From Fistulifera solaris (Eukaryota), in contig AP026157.1 of the NCBI GenBank assembly GCA_030295235.1, positions 62,001 to 126,000 on the forward strand: 64,000 bases of DNA. Reading direction: 5' to 3'. Positions 49,901 through 61,403 of this stretch are shown one piece after another (position 1 is the first letter of the stretch; each line of letters opens with the position of its first letter). The notes beneath the pieces were generated by a model that saw nothing but the letters and a program-made list of their open reading frames with translations, did no database searches and was not told where the DNA came from. Made by a program: the position numbers and the translations under genes.

Positions 49901-51085
49901 ATGTACGGCTCCTACGAGGACGAATACCGGAATACGGAAGGGAGAGACTTGGATGTCTCCGTTGACCGCGTTTTGAAGGACGACGACGACGACGAGCCAA
50001 GGAAAGTACGACGGATCGGTGGGCGTTTTCTGGCGATCGGAGCCGTGGTAATCATTTTGATGGCAGCGACAGTCGGAGTGGCGGTTTGGTTGCGTCAAAG
50101 CAATCAAGAAACGATTCCAACAGGCAATGCACCCATCGCTTTATCGACGCTGAATCAACGCAACACCGTCGACGATTGTTGGATCGCGTTTTACGGCAAT
50201 GTCTACGACATGACTCAATACAATCATCCCGGGCCACAAGCTTTGGTCACGGCGTATTGTGGATCTGATGCGACGGCGGAATACGCAGCAGTGCATCCGG
50301 AAGTGTACATGCGCACCATTGAGCATCTGTATATCGGTGTCTATGCGGAGTCGACGAGCAATCGGGGGACCAAAATCAAACTAATGGTGAGTGCATGTGT
50401 GTATATGGCCATTATGCAAGGTCTTGGTCATAGTTTTTGTCTCTTAACCGATTCTTGTTTGTCACTCTAGCGTCCGATGAGAGTGGAGCAGCACCCACTG
50501 TTGCCCCGACGACAGACGCGAATGAAAATCAAATTCCATCCAACAATGCTCCCGCCTTAACGGGTAGCGACAACGTTCCCAGTGAACCATCCAATGGGCC
50601 ATCGACAAATGTAGAAGGCAACGAGAATTTGCCTTCCATCAGTAGTACTGTTGTCGAAGACCCCAAGGTTGATGTTCCTGCCGATACGAATGATGCTGAG
50701 GACCCAGACGATACAGAAAATGATACCAATGCACCTGTCAATAACGGAGGGATTTTTCGGGAACGGTGGCGCGACTCAGGATGAGGCACCAGATAATAAC
50801 AGCGATACTATGAATGGCGACGAGATGGACGACGTGAAAGACAATGATCGCGAGGAGGACGAGGGCGATAACAACGACGACGATGATGATGACGAGGATG
50901 AGGGTGACGACGACGAAGAGGATGATGAGGAAGATGAGGATCGGGAGGAACGAACGTCGAATGTCAGAGGAGAAGATGTGGACAAAAATAAGAATAAGAA
51001 GAAAAATAAGAAAAAGGACAAGGAGAACGATAAGAAGGACAAGAAAAAGAAGAAAAGACGATTGATTAAGCGAATATGGTCCTGA
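49901..51085 (+). CDS. Membrane-anchored cytochrome b5-like heme-binding domain protein with acidic and Lys-rich tail (intron 50387-50470)
   Basis: TM helix, then DDCWIAFYGNVYDMTQYNHPG..AYCGSDATAEYAAVH..IG. Intron GTGAGT..CTAG. Two 1-nt indels in G-runs (~50366 and ~50750) are needed to link the P/T/N-rich, D/E-rich and K-rich segments. Confidence 0.8.
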
Positions 51086-51405
51086 TTTTACGGCTATGAT
51101 GAGCACATGCTTCAGTGGTAATCAGGAGTTGCGGCTCTCATTACAAGACATTGACATGTGGATGAAGCGTCTCAATTGACACGGATTGTCGATCTCAACC
51201 AATTCATGTTTCGACTGACAACAAATCCCAACACAAACGCAAGAAGCCGCGTAAACGGACAGGATTTTCATTATACATTAGATATAAATGTATCATTATC
51301 TTCTCACGGCTCCGACCAATATCAATATGATGTCGTGAGCGAAACTAAGCACCACCCCACTTTCATGTACCAAGCCAAAAGAACGTTTGTGGTCGCCCAT
51401 ATCGT

Positions 51406-52986
51406 TTACGGCTCATCGTTGGCAAGTGAGTAATTCTTCTTCATATGTGGAAACGCATCCGCCTCCGTGGTGATAGTGATTTCCGTCTCTTGAGAATCCG
51501 TCGTCGAAGTCGACATCGCTGTTCTCTTGGACGCCTTCCATTTTCCTTCCATCTCAATGACTTTGTCGTTTTCTGTGTTATCCAAGTCGGCGAGCATGGG
51601 ATTGACGCCTTCCGCCAAAACCTCCTTATAAAAATCGCACACTAGGGCTCGTTGTTGTGCACTCTCTAAAAATTCTCCTCGTAGAAACAGCACTAATGCC
51701 AGAATGAAATGGGCATACGCCAAATGTCGCCCAATGACATTATATGATGTATAAATAATAGCGGTGTATGAGCGAATAGCTTGACGCGTATGTACTTCAG
51801 CCAAGACGAATTCTTTGTTACGCATATACAATAGTCCCAAATCGGCATGTAATCCAGCAACATATTTGTGATCTCCTTCATACGACGATGATGACAAAGC
51901 TGCATCCGCGGAAGCTTCTAGCAATACATTTTCATACTCTTGAATACTTTCGCGTCGCACTTCATCGTCGTCGACATTCACTCCTTGTAGAAGTATGGGT
52001 CGGCTGATTAAGGGCTCCAGTTGACTGCTCATCGAGCGCTTTTGGTAATATTCCATGGTAGTTTGATACGACTCTTTCGCCTTCTCGTATTGCGCCATTT
52101 GTAAATAAAGATCCGCTTGACTGAACAAGGCTTGTGCGAAATGGATCAGTAGGCGGTCGTCTTGAAATCCAGTGCGTTCTTCTTCTTCATAGCATTGTAG
52201 AACGGGCTGTAAGGCTTGTAATGCAACATCAAATTTTCCCAACATGGTGGCCGCTGTAGCCGCATTCAACCAGCCTGCAATGCGTTTTTCTTGTAATTCC
52301 TGCAGGTCCTCGCCAGACAGTGACGGTAAAGCTGGTTCCAAATGCAGAATCAATCCTTCTTGTAACAAATTATATGCTTGCATAGGTTTTGCTACTTCCG
52401 TGTAAAAAGCACCTTGTCGCATGCACACAATGCCGTATCCAATACCAAAAGGAACCACTTGTTTCGACTGCTCCCAAGCCTCCAGCATGCGTTGCTCCCA
52501 CTTCAACGCGCTGAAAATGTCATCATTGCTAAATGCTGATTGCCACAGCAAGTAGTAGACTTCACCCATTTGATAATACAAGGAAGCAACCTGACCTTTG
52601 TCATCCTCATACACACGAATCGCTCGTTGAAGAATGTCAACGGAAGCAAGCAAGTGATTCTCTCGTGGCTGGTGCAACACATTCAATTGTTCTTGTAGTT
52701 GCGCTCGCTCTTCTTTCGATAAGGTAGGCGACTTGAGTTTCAGTTGTATATACTGCAATGCTAAATCATTTAGTTTTCGTTCGTGTTCTTGTTGCGTTGA
52801 GAAGGGTGGTTTGGATCTCAGTTGAAGATACTGCGATTTTAGATCTTGCAGTTGTTGTTCGTGTTTTTTCTTCTCATGGTCGATGCTGCCATGGACCCCC
52901 GTGCTCCTTGCCGGCAGCCAAGGAATGCAGTGATGAATGACTGGCATGCCCACCAAGAGAAAGAATAGAAAGCGAGTTGATATCAT
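51406..52986 (-). CDS. TPR-like secretory protein, paralog A (ends NDEP)
   Basis: Hydrophobic N-terminus MISTRFLFFLLVG; helical repeats (SLYYQMGEVY, AQALFSQADLYLQMAQYEKAKESY, LHADLGLLY). Confidence 0.8.
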   Translation of the reverse strand: MISTRFLFFLLVGMPVIHHCIPWLPARSTGVHGSIDHEKKKHEQQLQDLKSQYLQLRSKPPFSTQQEHERKLNDLALQYIQLKLKSPTLSKEERAQLQEQLNVLHQPRENHLLASVDILQRAIRVYEDDKGQVASLYYQMGEVYYLLWQSAFSNDDIFSALKWEQRMLEAWEQSKQVVPFGIGYGIVCMRQGAFYTEVAKPMQAYNLLQEGLILHLEPALPSLSGEDLQELQEKRIAGWLNAATAATMLGKFDVALQALQPVLQCYEEEERTGFQDDRLLIHFAQALFSQADLYLQMAQYEKAKESYQTTMEYYQKRSMSSQLEPLISRPILLQGVNVDDDEVRRESIQEYENVLLEASADAALSSSSYEGDHKYVAGLHADLGLLYMRNKEFVLAEVHTRQAIRSYTAIIYTSYNVIGRHLAYAHFILALVLFLRGEFLESAQQRALVCDFYKEVLAEGVNPMLADLDNTENDKVIEMEGKWKASKRTAMSTSTTDSQETEITITTEADAFPHMKKNYSLANDEP

Positions 52987-53652
52987 CGTGTCCGGCAAAT
53001 GGTAATACGACGCAATAGAAGGAACAAAGAATGATAACCACACAAGTGCGCCACGTTTTATGCCTCTGGTCAGACTTTTCTGTGAAGGGTTCGCACTTTC
53101 GCGTTCTTACGCTTTTGAGGTATAGCTTACGTGACGTATTACGCGATCAACTATCAGCTAACCTCTCCCATTTGACACGATACGACACAGGGAGAGTGGC
53201 ATCTTTTAGCGGCGATCGAATTTGACCTATAATGCGCTTGAATGCACCGCGGAAGGTACGGCAACGTGCTCGCGGGTTTACGCCGGAAGCTGATGTTGGG
53301 GGTACGCGGGAATGCAAAATACAATGGCAAGTCACCCAACATGACGAATGAAAGTCTCATTTTGCTTGGGATGTGCTTTTGCATTCCGGCTCATCTATCG
53401 TGCGGGTTTAACGCATGAGCTCGCCTACCATAACCTCTACTTCGTGAAACTTGCTGTCGGTATCGGTCGAATGACGGTAAATGTCACTTTGTCGTTTGTC
53501 TTCATATTTTTTAGTTTGCACTGCGCGTTGATTGAAACGAAAGCTGTTCCTGTAGCAAGTCAACGCTATACGAAGGGAAATCGCGAATCTAATTGTTTGC
53601 TCAATAGTTCTTCACCTGTCGTTCTCAAGCTTCAAAGGTTCCCTGCCTCTAG

Positions 53653-55059
53653 CTACAATTCATCGTCTGCGTGTGTGTAATTGTTCTTCCGTTGCGAAAG
53701 CTCCTCCGCATCCATCGTGATCACTTTTTCCGTGTCTCTGACATGCGTTTTCACAGTCGTCGCCGTTCTCTGGGACGGCAACCAGCGTGTCTCCATTCGC
53801 ATGGATTCTTCCATAAGCAGCTCCTCGTCTTCGATATCAGCCGTCATGGGATTGACACCTTCTCCGACCGTTTCTTTGTAAAGATCGCACGCCAGGGCTC
53901 GTTGTTCCGCACTTTCGGAATATTCGCCTTGTTGAAATAGCAATTGCGCCAAATTGAAATGGACATCGGCCAAGTATCTCCGATCGTCGGATGTTGTATA
54001 CGAACGAATCGCTTGCCGCAAATGCATTTCGGCCAAAACGAGTTCGTTGGTCGACAAGTAGAGGGATCCCAGGGTCGCATGCAAGTCTCCAACGTATCCA
54101 AGGTCCATTTCGTACGCTGCCGACGATGCCGTGGGATCATCGGATGATTCTGTGAGGAGCTCATTGTATTCGTGCAAGGCATCTTGATACATTTGAATGC
54201 TTTCTCGCCACTCGTCACCAACGACTGGCAAAGCTTGTTGCTGAAGCAGAGCCGCATCCACTAAATCCTGTCGTTGATAAAAGTCCATGGCTTGGTGATA
54301 CGATTGTTTGGCCGAATCGTATTGTCCCAATTGGAGGTACAAATCCGCTTGACTGTAGAGTGCCTGTGCGTAATAATACGACATTTCTTCCTCATCTTTG
54401 CCTTCCGCCTCATAATACGTCAACACGGGCTGCAAGGCTTGTAATGCGACATCAAATTGTCCCAATAATGTCGCGGCCGTTGCCACATTGTGCCACGCCG
54501 TGACACGTTGTTGTTGCACGATCTGATACTCTTCATGCGAGCTTTCTAGTTTCGACAGGGATGGCTCCAAATACTGAACCAATCCTTCGTGTAACAATTC
54601 ATAGCCCTGCAACGGATCCCCTTTCTCGGTCCAATAAACACCTTGTTGAATACACACCATGGCGTAGCCAATCGAGATCCACGGATCATCGTTGTCTTGT
54701 AAAGCCGCCCGGTACAGTTGTTTCGACTGTTCCCACGCCTCGAACATTGCTTGTTCGTACGTTGGCTCACTTCCTTCTTGCTGTTGCAACATCATGTAAT
54801 ACGTTTCTCCCAATTGAAAATACAAAGCCGCAAGACGATCCTCTTGTTCGGTCGACAATTCAATGGCTTTTTGAAAGGCTTGTACGGCTTGCGGCAATGC
54901 AGCTTGCTGTTGATACTGGAGAGCCAATTCGGTGTAATGTTCCGTTTGATCTTGCTTGGATAGCAACGGTGGTTGTTGTGTGTCATCCGCGGAAGAGCCG
55001 TATACGACGAAAGGATGGAGGATTCCTAGCAACAACCCCAGAAACCGTAAAATCTTCAT
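53653..55059 (-). CDS. TPR-like ER-luminal protein, paralog B (signal peptide plus DDEL)
   Basis: MKILRFLGLLLGILHPFVVYG signal-like start; TPR-like motifs (LYFQLGETY, ALYSQADLYLQLGQYDSAKQSY, LADVHFNLAQLLFQQGEY); C-terminal DDEL. Confidence 0.85.
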   Translation of the reverse strand: MKILRFLGLLLGILHPFVVYGSSADDTQQPPLLSKQDQTEHYTELALQYQQQAALPQAVQAFQKAIELSTEQEDRLAALYFQLGETYYMMLQQQEGSEPTYEQAMFEAWEQSKQLYRAALQDNDDPWISIGYAMVCIQQGVYWTEKGDPLQGYELLHEGLVQYLEPSLSKLESSHEEYQIVQQQRVTAWHNVATAATLLGQFDVALQALQPVLTYYEAEGKDEEEMSYYYAQALYSQADLYLQLGQYDSAKQSYHQAMDFYQRQDLVDAALLQQQALPVVGDEWRESIQMYQDALHEYNELLTESSDDPTASSAAYEMDLGYVGDLHATLGSLYLSTNELVLAEMHLRQAIRSYTTSDDRRYLADVHFNLAQLLFQQGEYSESAEQRALACDLYKETVGEGVNPMTADIEDEELLMEESMRMETRWLPSQRTATTVKTHVRDTEKVITMDAEELSQRKNNYTHADDEL

Positions 55060-55539
55060 TCTCTTCGTCCTGGCTTCTCCCACAAACACGTACACTTCCT
55101 ACGACTATTTTTACATACAGAAAGTAAAGAGAGAAAGCTTCACATAAGGACTCTCCCATTGGATGGAATGCATGCGAAACTGCAAAAAGTAACAACACAA
55201 ACGCGGCGACGATGAATGACTTTTGTGACGGCGATCACGTGACCCAGATCGCCGGCGCGCTCGTTAGAGACACGGTACGACTTATTGGTTGTATCTGTAA
55301 AAATGAAATTTTCCTTACTATAGAGTACAAAGTAGATTACTTTTTTCTACGGTGCAAAGCTATTCTCATTATTTCTCTAAGCCTTAGTTTATAGCGACAC
55401 CACGATAGAGATTCTATTCTTCGCAACGCTCACTGAGCAGAAATATTGTATTTTAAAGGTATAATAGATTCCGTAATTCAATCCCGAGACTCGAAATGTT
55501 GCCGAAGCTAGCAAGACGAACACGATGAACGTGTGGTGT

Positions 55540-55642
55540 GGTCCATGCCCGTACTCCATCTAGCGTCGTCGTTTTTTCTTCTTGGCTGTTTTACCAAACC
55601 CCAAATTGCGCTTTTTCTGATAAAAATGACACTCCAAGGTCC
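55540..55642 (-). pseudogene. Remnant 3' end of a TPR paralog (homologous to 57724-57830)
   Basis: CCATCTAGCGTCGTC..TTTTTCTTCTTGG..CCCAAATTGCGCTTTTTCTGATA occurs at both positions. Confidence 0.8.
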
Positions 55643-56064
55643 AATAAACAAGGTTAGACACGCTTAGTGATGCTCCTGAAGTAGTACTCCGCCTTACAAC
55701 AAGAATAGAAGTATTGGGAGGCGGAACTATGCTAAGGTTCCTCTCGACGCTTTAGACGCTTATAAAAAAGAAATGAATAATTCGTAGTAGTTACCTCTTT
55801 ATAGTCCCGTTTAAGGACAGTGGCGAATCAACCATTTTTGGGTCTTCACAAAGCTCTTTAAAAAACAACGTTTAATAATTCATCATCACCAAGTCACCGA
55901 GCAAATGACGTAAAATTCAGACGTCTGTACGAATGAGAAACGTCGTCGAAGCCTTACAAGCCAAGCGAACATAGATATTGGTGAATTTAGGACTCATGTG
56001 GAGCATTGGGCTTGTTATTCTACCTCGTGAATTTTCTTCAGTCTTTCCACAAATACCTCATAAC

Positions 56065-57474
56065 TCATAATTTTTCATCTGTTCTGGATTCATCTTCAGC
56101 GGCAAGTTTAGCAGACAACTGACATGCCAACATCCGATGTTCGGCACTCTCCGGGCATTCGCCTTGCTGATCCAGCGCCATTGACAAATATAAATGCGCA
56201 ACGGCTAATTTGCGTTGACTGTCCTCTGTTGCATCATCCGAGAAGCAACCAACGGCTTGACGCAAATGCTTCTCGGCCAAGGACAATGCCTTGGTAGATA
56301 GATACATCGGACCCAAGGCGGCATGTAAATCGCCGACCGAATAGCCGCGATCATTTTCAAATGAGGCAGAAAACGTAGCTGGATCTTTCGCTTTTTGCAG
56401 TAAATCGTTGTATTCATCCAGCGCTTTTTGATGCTCTTCAATTTCCATGCGCAAATCGCTGGCGACCTCAACGTCTGATTGGAAATCCTCTATCTTTCGT
56501 TGGCGGATGATGGCGGCGACATCCGGCAGTTCCGCAAAAACACGCTGAAACACATCCCTGGCTTGCTGAAAAGACTGGGCGGCCTTGTCATACTGATCAG
56601 ATCTCAAATATAACTCCCCTTGAACCTTCAGACATTGTGCATAATCGTACATCCAAGTGTCTTTCGTTGAAAGTTTGCCCTTGGTATCTTTCTCACGACA
56701 AAACTCCAACTCGCGCTCCACGGCTTGCAAAGCATCCTCTTCTCGTTCCAGCAAAGGGCAACTGTAGCTGCCTGACGCCACGCATCCATTCGATAGTCTT
56801 GAATTTGTTGCAACTCTTCCGTCATGGGACTCGTCGCAAGCAGTTTTTGCATAGCCGGATCTATGTACTGAACCAAACCTTCTTGCAACTTAACCCAAGC
56901 TCTTTCGAGATCGCCTCGTTCCACCTCAAATTTACCTTGCCGAACGCAAAGCATTCCGTACCGGAGCGTATGCCAAGATCGTCGGGCTCTGCTTGCATCG
57001 CCCAGCGAAGTTGTTGCTCTGCTAGTAGCCAAACTCCGTACATTCGATATACCCATTGAACGTCATTCTCGACCTCCGCCATAGAGTAGTAGGTTTCACC
57101 CAACTGATCGTACACGGCGGCGATGCGACCATCGTAATTCACTGCATTCTTGTCCGTTGCTTCAAACAACGTAATCGCTTGTCGAAAGGCTTCGACCGCT
57201 TTGTGTAACGACTTTATGTCTTCTTTCTCGTGTTGATACAACATGGCCACTTCAATATACCGTTCGGCCTTTTCCACATTCGAAAGAGAAGATGGTTGCG
57301 AGATTATGGATTGGAGTTCTTGTTCTTTTGTTGTCGCTGTTGCTGCGCGATCTGTCGCATTATATCACTCCCATTATTCATCGGAAAAGCTTTAATCAAG
57401 GTCAAATGACGCCACGAACGATCTAAGTCCGTTAGCAATACAATAACAACAAGCAAAGGGCCAGAGAACTTCAT
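56065..57474 (-). CDS. TPR-like secretory protein, paralog C (several frameshifts; ends DEKL)
   Basis: MKFSGPLLVVIVLL at 57474. ORFs 56861-57277, 56628-57056 and 56065-56781 carry consecutive family segments. Confidence 0.7.
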
Positions 57475-57747
57475 TTTTTCGTAAAGCGAACATCCGAAAC
57501 TTCGGGATGCTGAGAAAAATGAGAGGAAAGCACGAACTCGACATGATGCGAATCCAAGAAATTCGAATGAAAAGTGACGTCGTTCGCGGCGAAAAGGACG
57601 AGGCAAACGCGTCCGCCATTCGGCATATAATTACATGGCACATCGCAAGCCGACTCGCGCGCAAGGTACATAAGCGCATATAGTTCTTCGACTTTACACT
57701 AGCTAGAAAAGAAAGTTAATGCGGTCCATGTATGCAGTGTAGCCCAT

Positions 57748-58999
57748 CTAGCGTCGTCCTTTTTTCTTCTTGGTTGTTTGACCAAAGCCCAAATTGCGCT
57801 TTTTCTGATAGAAGTGGCAGGCCAAGGCCCGATGTTCCGCACTCTCGGCGTTTTGACCTTGGCGATTCAGCGTGATGGACAAATTCATGTGAACGTCGCC
57901 CAATTCGCGACGACTCTTGTCGTCGATGACTTGGTTCGACAATCTGGGTAGGGCTTGACGCAAATGCGTTTCCGCCAAGTCCAATTCGTTCTTCATCACA
58001 TACATCCAACCCATTGCGGCAAGTATTTTACCAATATTATTGCCAGTCGCACTTTCATAATAGGCTGTCGCCATAACCGAGTCTTTCGTTTTTTGCAGCA
58101 ACTCGTTGTATTTGTCCAATTCCTTCTGATGTAATTCCAATTGTTCTCGCATCAGTTTGGCATTTTCGACGTCCGGTAGTGGTACATGCTCGTATCGTTC
58201 TCGCGCGACATTGACGGCATCCGGCTGTTCCGCAAACAAGCGTTGATAGTACTCCCGGGCTTTCTGAAAGGATATTTGTGCTTCCACAAACTGATCAAAC
58301 TTCATGTACAAATCGCCCTGCGAATACAGAGCCTGTGCGTAGTTGTGCAAGGAATCGTCCTGAGATGATAACTCGTCCTTGGCCTCTTGTTGACGATAAT
58401 ACTGTAACGCGGGTTCCAAAGCTCGCAAGGAATCCTTAAGTCGTCTCAATCTCATGGCAATATCGGAAGCCACTTGCCACGCACCAAATCGCTGTTTTTG
58501 AAATAATTTCAAATCCTCCGTCAAAGGATTTGTCGCTCGCAGTTGCTCCAAGGCCGGATCCACATACTGCGTTAATCCGGTTTCCAGAAAAGTCCAGGCT
58601 TTGGTGAAATCGGATTCATCCATAAAATATTTCCCTTGTCGTACGACAATCCTACCATATCGAAGCCTATGCCATGAATTGTCGGGTTCCGCTTCCATCG
58701 CGATGCGAAAGTGCTGTTTCGATAATTCCCAGGCTTCGTACATCTTGGGTTCCCATCGATCGTCGTCTTGTAAGAACAATTTATGGTATGTTTCCCCCAA
58801 AACACCATAAATACTACCAATCCGACTAACATTTTTGTCGTCCAGAGAAGAATAATGAATCGCTTCTAGCAATGCGTCGACGGCTTGGGGAAAGGAAGCT
58901 TCGTGTTTATACAACATGCCCAAGTTCAACAATAATTCTGCTTTTTCCGGATTCGAACCAGCTTGAGCAAAAAGCCGGAGAAAAGCCGGAGAACTTCAT
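57748..58999 (-). CDS. TPR-like protein, paralog D (signal region deleted; basic tail)
   Basis: ORF 57748-58932 is clearly homologous to paralogs B and C. The MKFSG start at 58999 and its upstream ~130 bp match 57474-57600. Ends KKKKGRR. Confidence 0.75.
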
Positions 59000-59283
59000 T
59001 CTTTCGTAATACAAGCAACCGCAACACCGGCATGCTGAGAAGAATGAGAGGAAAGCACAGAAACCTCATTGTTGCGAACCATCCAGGATATTCGAATGAA
59101 AAGTGAAGTTGTTCGCGAAAATCTTTTGAGCTTTTACAACGTCGCCTTTTACCAATGTCGTATCGTGTCCAGCACATGTTCGTAACATGTCGCGGTTCGC
59201 GAAAAACTTTAGAGAGGGGCAGGTAACATTAAAATGCTCCGACTCATTCAATGAACTTTGACTTGTTGTTGTGATTGAAGAAA

Positions 59284-60697
59284 ATGAAGCTAGTCCATCT
59301 TTTATTCTTTGTGATTGTTCTCCAAACGACTGGGACGCCACAGTGGCGTCGTCGTCCATTCTTCCCTCGTACGAGGGAGTTCTGTGCAGGAAAATGATGA
59401 TTCCTCGCATCAAAGACAAGAAATTGAACACCAGCTTTCGCAATCGTCACTTTCTAACTCAGAACAAGCCGAACTGTACGTAGAGCTGGCAGGCTTACAT
59501 CAAACGGCAGATTCATTTCACGAGGCGATCAAGGCCTTTCAACAAGCGATTCGTTTGTACGATGATGATGACTCTTCGAACGAAGAGCACGTCGCGACTC
59601 TGTATTCTGACTTGGGGGAGACGTATTTAATGTTGTTGCTATCGGGCGTCGAAGATGCATCAAAAGTCACGAATTGGGAAACAGCCATGCACGATGCGTG
59701 GGAACAATCCAAACGACGGTACCGCTCCGCCATGCAACATCAAGAAGATCCGCTACTATCACTCCAATACGCTTCGGTGTGTTTGCTTCAGGGAATGTAT
59801 TGTACCGAGCATGGAGAGCCAATGCGGGGATGGGAATTGATACAAGAAGGACAGGCTCATTGTAGCGATCCGAGCTTGCCGATGTTTCTCTCTGAGGAGG
59901 AAATGCGAAACTTGCAACACAATCGACTCGCGGCGTGGACGTATGCGTCCAAGGCCGCCAATGTGTTGAGAAAGTTCGATGCGGCTTTGCAAGCCCTGCA
60001 GCCCGTGATGGAGTATTATCGCGGAGAACTTGAACATCGCGATACAACCAAGGACGATCCCATGTTTTATCATGACTACGCCGGGCAGTGTCTGGGTCAG
60101 GGGGATTATTATTTGCAACTGGGACAATACAACCAAGCGAAAGAGTCGTATGCACAAGCGATGCAATTGTATCAAAAGCATTGCGTCGAACATCCAAATG
60201 CTCCCAAGTTGCATCATACACTACAACGTGCACTCGATGTCGGCGAAATGGAAGCGATTCAAGAACAAATCCTACTCTTCCAAGGCGCTTTGAAAGAGTA
60301 CGACGAATTGTTGCAAGAAGAAGGGGAACCGGCAAAATTTGATTCTTCGCACGAAAGCGCTCTTGGCTTCACAGTTGGCGACCTATTGCATGGCCGTCTG
60401 GCCTCCTTGTATACGTCCGCGAGTGAACCAGTCTTGGCCGAAGTGCATTGGCGTCAAGCCCTGCTGTTTTTTACAACTATCGCGCCAGACAATAAGATTC
60501 GAAAATACTTGGCGGCCGAATTACATTTCAACTTGTCTCAATCGCTGTGGGAGCAGGGAAAGTACGAAGAGAGTATGAAGCAGCGGATTTTGGCTTGTCA
60601 GCTTTATCAAGAAATACTAGGAGAAGGCGTCAATCCTTTGATGACCAGATTTGACGGAAACGAAATCGTTGTCAGTGCAGAAGACACGATGATGTGA
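59284..60697 (+). CDS. TPR-like secretory protein, paralog E (inverted orientation)
   Basis: MKLVHLLFFVIVLQ at 59284 needs one indel to join ORF 59315-60697. Shared motifs AWEQSK, FDAALQALQPV, LQLGQYNQAKESY and LGEGVNP. Confidence 0.8.
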
Positions 60698-61403
60698 TTT
60701 TGCGCGTTTGTTGGAAAAGATTCTTCCTTTGCCGATGTTTTCTCGATGGTCAATTGTCGAATCTTCCATTATCTCGATGACGCAAGTCGCTATACTGAGC
60801 GATCTTGTGATAATTGAGTTTTTATTCACCTCTCTCTATTGTCTCATTTCAATGTAGCAAGTTTTCGAAATAAATTGAGACGATAAGGCTCGAGAAGGAG
60901 AGCTTTTTTTTAAAAATCGGTGACAAAGCTCTCGGTTTTTTCTTTCCTCGTCGTATTCCTCGCTAGCCGGTTCGTCCTCCGCGTGCGCCCTCCTTTGACA
61001 AAAGGGATGCCGCGATTTCTATGAGGAAAAGTAGTTCTGTCGATCGTTTGATGATTCGTTGTTGCTGCTGCAGACGAGAGCGATGCGAGGTGGTATACAC
61101 CTCTCTTATTTTGCTGTTTGACGTCGCTGCGCGTGAGTTTTTCTATAATGCGATAAAGGTGCCGGAACGACGTCGTGTATGATCGCGCGCCGGCTCGCGG
61201 AACAGTCCGTCCGTTGCACGCTTTTGTTCGCCGTGTTGCGTTTCGTGTTTCGTCGTCGTCATTTCGCCGTCATTCTTTATTTATTTGCCGCGTCGTCGTA
61301 TTGTTGGCATTTTTCATTCTCTTCCTTGTCTTGAACGTCATTCATCGAATTGATGATTGCAACAGCAGTTCCCCTTTCTTCTTTTTTTTACTCTGAAAAC
61401 ATA

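Noticed and set aside
50738..51106. Hydrophobic and poly-Ser antisense ORFs
   Set aside because: Reverse-strand shadows of the D/E/K-rich tail of the cytochrome b5 gene.
53335..53375. SECIS element (ATGA..AAA..GA)
   Set aside because: The upper stem is too short and no plus-strand selenoprotein ORF lies upstream.
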